Source: an uncultured archaeon
GTDB taxonomy: Archaea > Aenigmatarchaeota > Aenigmatarchaeia > CG10238-14 > SCSR01
Assembly: GCA_964514495.1 (NCBI GenBank)
Contig: CAZERL010000003.1
Location: 1-33,643 of the forward strand
Length of the DNA stretch: 33,643 bases
Reading direction: 5' to 3'
A program made the translations under genes and the position numbers. The notes below the pieces were generated by a model. That model saw only the letters and a program-made list of their open reading frames with translations, was not told where the DNA came from and did no database searches. How positions within the stretch are numbered: the first letter of the stretch is position 1; each line of letters opens with the position of its first letter. Below are positions 1 to 6,767 of the stretch, piece by piece.

Positions 1-74
1 CAATTCTTTCTTGTTCTCGTTAAATTGCCTTCAGTTTTGAAGTATTCATGCTGCTTGACTGGCTTGTGCTTCAT
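1..74 (-). CDS. rps27ae: 30S ribosomal protein S27ae (5' part; runs off window)
   Basis: Manual translation MKHKPVKQHEYFKTEGNLTRTRKN(C), leading into the expected first Cys of the Zn ribbon; lies directly downstream of rps24e as in the conserved archaeal order. Confidence 0.8.
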   Translation of the reverse strand, partial: MKHKPVKQHEYFKTEGNLTRTRKN

Positions 75-339
75 TGCTTTTCTCCTTTGTTTCTTGTTTA
101 ACCACAACTTTTGGTCTTTCCTTCAAAATTTTTATCTTTACCATAGATTCTGCAATTCCTTTCTTGGTAAAAATGTAATCAATCATCACCTGACTTTCAT
201 CGACAGAATTGCTACCTGCAACAGATTTGATAATTTCTGTTTTCGATGGTGTCGAGGCATTCGGATGCTTTAATGACAAAACCATTTCTTTTCTCTTCAA
301 GAACGGATTTTCTTTTTCATTGACAATAGCTATATCCAT
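46..339 (-). CDS. rps24e: 30S ribosomal protein S24e
   Basis: KENPFLKRKE...HPNASTPSK motif; ATG at 339 follows the spt4 stop and is preferred over the TTG at 348. Confidence 0.92.
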   Translation of the reverse strand: MDIAIVNEKENPFLKRKEMVLSLKHPNASTPSKTEIIKSVAGSNSVDESQVMIDYIFTKKGIAESMVKIKILKERPKVVVKQETKEKSNEAQASQAA

Positions 340-340
340 G

Positions 341-529
341 TTAACCAACGTACAGTGCGTAATTGCCTTGCTCTGATATGTTGAGCATTTTCGCTATTTC
401 GGAATTTGTGTCGATGATGATTACAAGTCCCTTCCAGCTTAGCGAAAGATTTGTAGACTTGCATACAGGACATGTTTTTTCTGTTGTAAATCTCCTGCAG
501 TTCCTGCAGACTTGTTTTTTCTTAGCCAT
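341..529 (-). CDS. spt4: Transcription elongation factor Spt4 (RpoE'')
   Basis: CRNC...CPVC Zn ribbon, SWKGLVIIID, C-terminal G.YAL.V; adjacent to rpoE'. Confidence 0.95.
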   Translation of the reverse strand: MAKKKQVCRNCRRFTTEKTCPVCKSTNLSLSWKGLVIIIDTNSEIAKMLNISEQGNYALYVG

Positions 530-533
530 GTTA

Positions 534-1076
534 TCATTTCTTTTTCTTCTTCTCAGCCTCTATCCAAGCGACAGAACCCAACCCACTCTGTCGCATCGTC
601 AACCCAACTTTGTTCTGCTCGGTGAATGAGACGGAGATTACCCTTGCTCTTACCTTGTCCCCTTCCTTCAAAGTTCTCTTGGTTTCTTTGCCTAGGAACA
701 CAGAATTCTTGTTGTCATAGCTTACGAAATCGTCCATCAACTGGGATATGTGGATCAAGCCGTCCATAGGTCCTATCCTGACAAAAGAACCGTATTCGGC
801 GTTATCTACAACCTCACCAGACACCAGTTCATGCAACTCAGGCTTGTATGCCAACAGCTTGAATGCGGTCATGTAGTAAACACCAGCGTCATTGGCCATT
901 ATCTTTCCTTCACCCACCTTTTCAACATCCACTACAGAAAGTATGACGCCGATTCTTGTATCCAGAGTGCCAACCAGTTTTTCAGCTATAGCCTGCTTGA
1001 CAGATTCTTTTAGGTTGGATGTAAATTTCTCTGGCGGAACTCTGATTCTATCTGATACAGTTACTATGCGATACAT
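534..1076 (-). CDS. rpoE: DNA-directed RNA polymerase subunit Rpo7 (E')
   Basis: MYRIVTVSDRIRVPP, GEGKI, S1-domain IGPMDGLIHISQLMDD, KVGLTMRQ.GLG; probable start ATG 1076 (ORF track extends to 1103). Confidence 0.95.
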   Translation of the reverse strand: MYRIVTVSDRIRVPPEKFTSNLKESVKQAIAEKLVGTLDTRIGVILSVVDVEKVGEGKIMANDAGVYYMTAFKLLAYKPELHELVSGEVVDNAEYGSFVRIGPMDGLIHISQLMDDFVSYDNKNSVFLGKETKRTLKEGDKVRARVISVSFTEQNKVGLTMRQSGLGSVAWIEAEKKKKK

Positions 1077-1334
1077 GATATCACAAGATAAGCTTTTAAT
1101 CAAATTAAACAGCTTAGTTTAAATAATTCAATACATTGAAGCTTTAGGTTTCACAATAGTATATGTTTCATTCGTTATAGTTACTAGCTGTCGCTTCTGT
1201 TCATGGCTAAACGGGAAAGGCTCTAATGCACTATGGATTAGCATTTTAATTCTAGAAAGTGTCGACAAGAAATGGGATTGAAGTTAAAGATGAATCAACA
1301 GAATTGAGAAAACGGATAAAGGAAACTGTGGCAA

Positions 1335-3293
1335 CTAAAGAAGAGAGTATGCAACAATCAGACCCGCAAATAAAAGAGCCACCATATTCATAACCTTCAA
1401 AAGCGGATTGATTGACACTCCAGAACTGTCCTTTAACGGATCACCTACAGTATCACCTACAACACTTGCGGCATGTGCAAAACTTCCTTTACCGCCGAGA
1501 TTACCAGCTTCTATATACTTCTTTGCGTTGTCCCAAGCAGCACCCGCGGTCGTTTGAGTTATTGCCAACATCAGCCCTGACGTGATGCTTCCAGCAAGCA
1601 TTCCACCCAATGCCTCAGCCCCGAATATAAATCCTACAATTAACGGAGACATCACTGCAATAATACCTGGCGCTATTAATTCCTTTAATGCCGCTCTTGT
1701 TGTAATGTCTACGCATCTTTGATAATCTGGTTTGGCACTGCCTTGCATCAAACCTTTAATTGTTTTGAACTGTCTACGAACCTCTTCCACTACAGAGAAC
1801 GCAGTCTTGCCTACAGCCTTTATTATAAGAGAGGAAAATATAAATGGTATTACCGCGCCTATGAACAGCCCGATAACAACGTTTACATTTAAGATGTCAA
1901 TAACCTTCAAATCCGCATCGTGTGCATAAGCCACGAATAACGACAACGCTGCTAAAGCTGCACTACCAATGGCAAACCCTTTAGTAACAGCTTTTGTTGT
2001 ATTTCCAACAGCATCCAAAGCATCTGTATTCTTCCTGACTTTTGGCGGTAGTTTGGCCATTTCAGCTATTCCACCTGCATTATCTGTTATCGGTCCATAA
2101 GCATCAATTGCTACAAGCATTCCTGTAACAGAGAGCATACCTAAAGCCGCAACCACTACTCCATATATTCCTGCAAAATAAAATGCTGCAAAGATTGCGC
2201 CTGCAATCAAAATAGTTATAGGAAGTGTGCTTCTCATCCCTAGTGCTAATCCGCTAATTATGGTGGTGGCTGCCCCGGTCTTTGACGCTTCTGCAACTTC
2301 TCTAACTGCTTTTCTGTCTCTTCCAGTATAAAATTCTGTTATGTAACTGATGATTACCGTTACGCCTAATCCGACTATTGTCGCATAAAAGATATTCAGA
2401 TTTTGGAACATGAAAAAGGAAACAAGAAAGAATAAAACTGCCGCGATAACTGATGTTACAATAATTCCTTTAAACAAAGCCTTCCAGATGTCATTATCTT
2501 TACCCAACCTTACAAAAAAAGTCCCTATTACCGATGCTACTATTCCCGCAGCTCCTATTGTCAGAGGAAACAAGACAGCATTTGGCCCTATCAACGAACC
2601 TAAAAGCATCGCTGCAATCAATGTTACAGCATAAGATTCGAACAAGTCCGCAGCCATGCCAGCGCAATCGCCGACTGCATCGCCGATGTTGTCAGCAATG
2701 ACAGCAGGATTTCTTGGGTCGTCTTCTGGTATTCCTTTTTCTATTTTACCAACCAAATCAGCTCCCACATCTGCGGCTTTTGTATAAATGCCTCCGCCGA
2801 CTCTCATGAATAGACTCATCAAACTCGCGCCAAAACCAAACCCAATTAGAAGTTCTGGCTTGCCAAACAAAACAAACAAACCACTAACACCAAGCAAACC
2901 GAGCCCAACAACCATCATTCCTGTTACTGTCCCTCCTTTGAATGCAATGGATAAGGCTTGTTTCAAACCCTTGCTTGCTGCACTAGCTACACGTGAATTG
3001 GTTTTCACAGAAACGTTCATTCCCATGTATCCTGCTAATGCAGACATTATAACGCCAAGAACAAACGACAAAGTTGTTTCAAGGTTAATCAATAGGAGAA
3101 CCAAGGAAAGCACAACAACTACAGGAACCAATGTCTTGTACTGCCTGTTCAAGTATGCTGAAGAGCCGTCTTGGATTGCTTTTGATATCTCTTTCATCCT
3201 TGCTGTACCATCATCTTGTTTCATGACGTTTTGTGTCAATACAATTGAAAATACAACTGCCAGCAGACCGGCTAAGATAGTGAGTTCAATCAT
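1335..3293 (-). CDS. hppA: Membrane-bound H+-translocating pyrophosphatase, predicted K+-independent
   Basis: GGGIYTKAADVGADLVGKIE, EDDPRNPAVIAD, DAYGPITDNAGGIAEM, GNTTKA (Lys at the K+-dependence-determining site), WDNAKKYIE, GDTVGDPLKD; many TM segments. Confidence 0.95.
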   Translation of the reverse strand: MIELTILAGLLAVVFSIVLTQNVMKQDDGTARMKEISKAIQDGSSAYLNRQYKTLVPVVVVLSLVLLLINLETTLSFVLGVIMSALAGYMGMNVSVKTNSRVASAASKGLKQALSIAFKGGTVTGMMVVGLGLLGVSGLFVLFGKPELLIGFGFGASLMSLFMRVGGGIYTKAADVGADLVGKIEKGIPEDDPRNPAVIADNIGDAVGDCAGMAADLFESYAVTLIAAMLLGSLIGPNAVLFPLTIGAAGIVASVIGTFFVRLGKDNDIWKALFKGIIVTSVIAAVLFFLVSFFMFQNLNIFYATIVGLGVTVIISYITEFYTGRDRKAVREVAEASKTGAATTIISGLALGMRSTLPITILIAGAIFAAFYFAGIYGVVVAALGMLSVTGMLVAIDAYGPITDNAGGIAEMAKLPPKVRKNTDALDAVGNTTKAVTKGFAIGSAALAALSLFVAYAHDADLKVIDILNVNVVIGLFIGAVIPFIFSSLIIKAVGKTAFSVVEEVRRQFKTIKGLMQGSAKPDYQRCVDITTRAALKELIAPGIIAVMSPLIVGFIFGAEALGGMLAGSITSGLMLAITQTTAGAAWDNAKKYIEAGNLGGKGSFAHAASVVGDTVGDPLKDSSGVSINPLLKVMNMVALLFAGLIVAYSLL

Positions 3294-3297
3294 TGCC

Positions 3298-3660
3298 TCA
3301 ACCTATAGCTAAATGTTTTCTTGCCCTTAAATAAATAGTTTTCAGTCCTTTTTGCTTCAACTTCTGCCGCAATTTCCTGTCGTTTGTTGCTATCAGAAAA
3401 CTACCGGACAATTCAAATAAGTTCTTGTCTACATCTCCGGTAGTGTCTAAAATTTTTATTTTTCTGCCTTTCACCAGCTCCAGTGCAAGCTTTGCATACC
3501 TGCCATGCTTAAATTTTTTTGATACAGACTCAAGTTCGCTTATAGTTTTGTTTAACACATATAATTCCACAGGCTCTGAAACCAAATCATGTATTTCTAG
3601 CAAGTCTATTCTAAATCTACACAAATCCACGATGAAATTGGTGTCAAGTATAACTTTCAT
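3298..3660 (-). CDS. PIN-domain protein (Fcf1/Utp24-like rRNA processing nuclease)
   Basis: VILDTNF, EL, DVD, IATNDRKL PIN motifs; usual position between aIF2-gamma and rpoE'. Confidence 0.88.
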   Translation of the reverse strand: MKVILDTNFIVDLCRFRIDLLEIHDLVSEPVELYVLNKTISELESVSKKFKHGRYAKLALELVKGRKIKILDTTGDVDKNLFELSGSFLIATNDRKLRQKLKQKGLKTIYLRARKHLAIG

Positions 3661-3756
3661 AAGCTATAATTTCGTTTTTAATTTTAATTGTTTAGAAGCA
3701 ATTGTTATAAATAAATAGATAAGTATTTAAAAGGATTTCACGTTATATATTTAAGG

Positions 3757-4155
3757 ATGTCGATGGGAAAGGGTATTTCTACCGTTATAGCTACTCTTCT
3801 GATGCTCATCATCACAATTGCATTGGCAGGTTTTGCTTATACTTACTTGAGTGGTGTGCTAACCGGGCAGACCGCAAAGATTGTTGAGTTGATAGGGGCG
3901 GTAGATTGCATAACAGGTACATCTCATACACTAACGGTTAAAAATCTTGGAACTTCTGCTATCACTGCAGCAAGTGAAATATCGGTTACTGTAGACGGGT
4001 CTGCTGCAACTTGCACATGGTCATCAGCAACCCTGTCATCTGGTGGTGGCATATCTACCTGCACTACAGGTGCGGCAGGTGTCAGCGCAGGCTCTCATAG
4101 AATTAGGATAACAGGCCCAGGCAATGTCCTTAGTGGAACAAGCCTCTGCCCTTAA
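3757..4155 (+). CDS. Archaeal type IV pilin-like protein (class III signal peptide)
   Basis: KG|ISTVIATLLMLIITIALAG prepilin cleavage site and hydrophobic helix; S/T/G-rich C-terminal domain with Cys residues. Confidence 0.85.
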   Translation: MSMGKGISTVIATLLMLIITIALAGFAYTYLSGVLTGQTAKIVELIGAVDCITGTSHTLTVKNLGTSAITAASEISVTVDGSAATCTWSSATLSSGGGISTCTTGAAGVSAGSHRIRITGPGNVLSGTSLCP

Positions 4156-5363
4156 ATTATAACACCATAGCCTACCAAACGCCATCTTCCGTCTATCTGC
4201 CTCGATATTGCTACCTTTTCCTTCTCTTCAACACAAACGGGTATTTTCAGCTTCATTTCCATAGTTTCTTTTTTGTAATTGGTTACAGTCCCGACTGACC
4301 TTGCGGTTCCAACGTTTATTAAAATTGTTTCATCCGCTTTGACGCTTGGCATGCCTTCTATCCTGTTCATAAATTTTACATTCATGGAAATAGTTTCCTT
4401 TGATTCTGGCAACTTACCCGGCAAACCCACAACATTCCCAACCAAAGAATCTGATTTGGTTAACGAAGGGTCTAGGCTGGTCATCATTCCTAACAAACCG
4501 CCAGTTCCAGCGGCATCAAGATTTATGCCTGCCCTCTGCAAACCAACTATCTTTGCAAACAAGGGTTGGTATTTGCTGCCTATTTTCACCCCAGGTCTTA
4601 TCTCTATTTTTTCACCTACAGAAAACTTGTTGCATGTAATAGCTCCGCCAAGGATTCCGCCAACCAATTTTTCAGGTTTAGCTCCTGGCTTGTTTATGTC
4701 AAAACTCCTGGCAACGAGCATCTTAGATTCTTTCGACTCATCATGCTTTGGTGTTGGGATGAATTCTTCCATCGCCTCCAGAACAACATCAATATTTGTC
4801 CTATATTGTGCGGATACAGGGATTATTGGGGCGTTTTCTAGAAGTGTTCCTTTTATGAATTCCTTTATCTCGTTATAATTTTTAAGCGCCTGCTCTTCAG
4901 AAACCAGGTCTATCTTGTTTTGTATGATTATCGCATTCTTGATTCCTGCTATTTCGAGCACAGCCAGATGCTCTCTGGTCTGCAGCTGGGGGCATTTTTC
5001 ATTTGCAGCGATGACAAACAAAACACCGTCCATCAAACTAGCGCCTGTTAACACAGTTGCCATCAATGTCTCATGCCCAGGGGCGTCTACAAAACTTATT
5101 GTTCTAGTTATTTCAGCATCAGAAAAGCAATAGGGGCATTTGTTGGATGTGGAATATCTGATGCACTTCACGCATCTGTAGATAGTTGCGTCGGCATAGC
5201 CCAAGCGTATGGTTATCCCGCGCTTCAATTCCTCTGAATGGGTTAGTGTTATTTTCCCTGTCAATGAAGCTACTAAACTGGTTTTACCGTGGCTGACATG
5301 CCCTAAGGTCCCTATGTTGCATTCTGGTATCATTTTTGGATTGATTTCTTTTAAAGTGCCCAC
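4152..5363 (-). CDS. eif2g: Translation initiation factor 2 gamma subunit (aIF2-gamma)
   Basis: GHVSHGKT P-loop, HSEELKRGITIRLGYA, CxxC..CxxC Zn knuckle, DAPGHE, QNKID, RSFDINKPG, RWRLVGYG. Confidence 0.96.
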   Translation of the reverse strand: MGTLKEINPKMIPECNIGTLGHVSHGKTSLVASLTGKITLTHSEELKRGITIRLGYADATIYRCVKCIRYSTSNKCPYCFSDAEITRTISFVDAPGHETLMATVLTGASLMDGVLFVIAANEKCPQLQTREHLAVLEIAGIKNAIIIQNKIDLVSEEQALKNYNEIKEFIKGTLLENAPIIPVSAQYRTNIDVVLEAMEEFIPTPKHDESKESKMLVARSFDINKPGAKPEKLVGGILGGAITCNKFSVGEKIEIRPGVKIGSKYQPLFAKIVGLQRAGINLDAAGTGGLLGMMTSLDPSLTKSDSLVGNVVGLPGKLPESKETISMNVKFMNRIEGMPSVKADETILINVGTARSVGTVTNYKKETMEMKLKIPVCVEEKEKVAISRQIDGRWRLVGYGVII

Positions 5364-5402
5364 CTCCGATGATGTTAAAATTTAGAATATGAAATAAAGA
5401 GT

Positions 5403-6014
5403 TTAAGCTTTGGCTTCTGCTGCTTCTTTTGGATTTTCGGATTTTTGCTCTTGCTTGACTTCTTCCTTCTTTTCTGCGGGCATTGCCTCGGGTTCTTTTT
5501 TGGCTTCAGCAGGCTTTTCTTCTTTTTTCTCGGCTGGTTTCTCTTGGCTAGGCTCTTCCTTTTTCTCTTTTGGTTTTTCTTCCTTTACTTCTGCAGGTTT
5601 CTCCTGCTTTGCCTCATCCTTCTTCTCCTTCGGCTTCATTGGAACCAATTCTTCCAAAGCCTTCTCGCCCTTTTTTACAACCTTTACATTGATTTGCGTG
5701 ATGTCTGTTGATAAGGCATCTCCCCTTACAGTCTTCCTCTTCCTCTGCCCCTTTAATTTCGGATAAAACCCTGGAGGACCACTCAGCAGAACTCTTCTCT
5801 TGCCAGGACCTTTTACTGATGGCATCATAGGAAAACCATCTTTATCAGTTCCGCCAGTGATTTTCAAAGTATAACCGACTAAATCAATCAAATCCCCAGA
5901 GAACTCGTCACCGATTTTCTTGTTGACCAAAGAAATGGCTTTGGCTTGGTCTATCTCTTTTTGGAATGATTTCCTTGTCTGCGGTTCGGAAATAACGAAT
6001 TTGAATGCTGCCAT
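5403..6014 (-). CDS. rps6e: 30S ribosomal protein S6e with charged low-complexity C-terminal tail
   Basis: FKFVISEP, LKITGGTDKDGFPM, GQRKRKTVRG, QINVK; ~75-aa E/K/P/A tail. Confidence 0.95.
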   Translation of the reverse strand: MAAFKFVISEPQTRKSFQKEIDQAKAISLVNKKIGDEFSGDLIDLVGYTLKITGGTDKDGFPMMPSVKGPGKRRVLLSGPPGFYPKLKGQRKRKTVRGDALSTDITQINVKVVKKGEKALEELVPMKPKEKKDEAKQEKPAEVKEEKPKEKKEEPSQEKPAEKKEEKPAEAKKEPEAMPAEKKEEVKQEQKSENPKEAAEAKA

Positions 6015-6068
6015 ATTTTCTGTAATTGGTTATTGCATTTATTTAAAGGTTTTTTCTACTGCTAAGAT

Positions 6069-6410
6069 TTACATTTTGATATAAGACTTCGTGAGCTTTA
6101 CGGCACCAGTATTTTCATCTATAACAGCTTTACCCAATTGTAAAAAATCATGTCCTATAAGGTTCTTCCTACCACCCGTTACCAAAAGACCAAACTTACA
6201 ATTATATATTTCAACCATAGCCCCATATAAAAGTTTTTTATCTTTGTATTCACCAGCTGTTACTATAGTCTCACTTCCTAGTTGGGGGGCACCTAGCCTT
6301 AACAATACCTCCTCATCAATCATAGTCCGTTCGGCACCAGTGTCAATAACTGCTTCTATTTCCTCAGACTTCCCGTTAATTGAAATTAGAGCTTTCTTAA
6401 CAATTTCCAT
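6069..6410 (-). CDS. Retropepsin-like (clan AA) aspartic protease
   Basis: AVIDTGA catalytic motif and LIGHDFL motif; 113 aa single domain. Confidence 0.82.
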   Translation of the reverse strand: MEIVKKALISINGKSEEIEAVIDTGAERTMIDEEVLLRLGAPQLGSETIVTAGEYKDKKLLYGAMVEIYNCKFGLLVTGGRKNLIGHDFLQLGKAVIDENTGAVKLTKSYIKM

Positions 6411-6469
6411 AAATCAATATTTGTTTTCACATAATAAACCTTGCACTGCTTCAAGTCTTCTTTAGAAGT

Positions 6470-6514
6470 TTAGTCATAATTTCTGCCCAAAAAGCATTTA
6501 AAAACATTTATATA
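6470..6514 (+). promoter_or_regulatory. Putative aro-operon promoter (TATA TTTATATA 6507-6514, A-rich BRE) with degenerate upstream palindrome
   Basis: TTTATATA ~40 nt before leader ATG 6547; TTAGTCAT-N5-CTGCCCAA (6470-6490) resembles the trp-promoter palindrome. Confidence 0.55.
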
Positions 6515-6546
6515 CTTAATCATGTAATTTTAATTAAGTGAATTGA

Positions 6547-6615
6547 ATGACCATAGTTCATAGAACTCAGGCCATAACTTGGCAATATTTCTATAGCTTT
6601 AGCTATGGTCAATAG
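6547..6615 (+). CDS. Putative aromatic-rich leader peptide MTIVHRTQAITWQYFYSFSYGQ (22 aa)
   Basis: 6 of the last 11 codons are W/Y/F; sits at the predicted transcript start; ATG lies within the stem TGACCATAGTT(6548-6558)/AGCTATGGTCA(6601-6611). Confidence 0.72.
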   Translation: MTIVHRTQAITWQYFYSFSYGQ

Positions 6616-6692
6616 ATGCCAGATAGTTGATTTATTTCTTGCATCTTATCTGGAGGTTCTAATTGACATATCAACAAAAAAGGGGTGAAAAT

Positions 6693-6767
6693 ATGGATAA
6701 CAAAGGTGAATTAGTTTGGAAGCAAGGTGAACGCCTTTACACAAAGGGCGAGTGTCTTTTCAAGTAG
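6693..6767 (+). other. Zero-frame sensor ORF MDNKGELVWKQGERLYTKGECLFK with three putative +1 frameshift cassettes (Trp, Tyr, Phe) leading into aspartate kinase
   Basis: Strong SD GGGGTGA-N4-ATG; cassettes GGT GAA TTA GTT TGG (6705), GGT GAA CGC CTT TAC (6726), GGC GAG TGT CTT TTC (6747); the +1 frame is the kinase frame and opens at 6715, right after TAG 6712-6714. Confidence 0.78.

Noticed and set aside
1123-1334. Possible ncRNA in the rpoE'-hppA gap
   Set aside because: Only a short AATGC/GCATT stem; no tRNA, C/D-box or other recognisable structure.
6514-6539. Inverted repeat ACTTAAT-N12-ATTAAGT between the TATA box and the leader
   Set aside because: Almost entirely A/T within AT-rich DNA; not distinguishable from background.
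6616-6630. Mini-ORF MPDS immediately after the leader stop
   Set aside because: Four codons, no aromatic codon and no SD; expected by chance.
6693-6767. Simple sequencing-error frameshift or pseudogene in aspartate kinase
   Set aside because: Disfavoured because of the exact 21-nt W/Y/F periodicity and recurrence of the same +1 cassette at two other genes; read-level confirmation is still needed.
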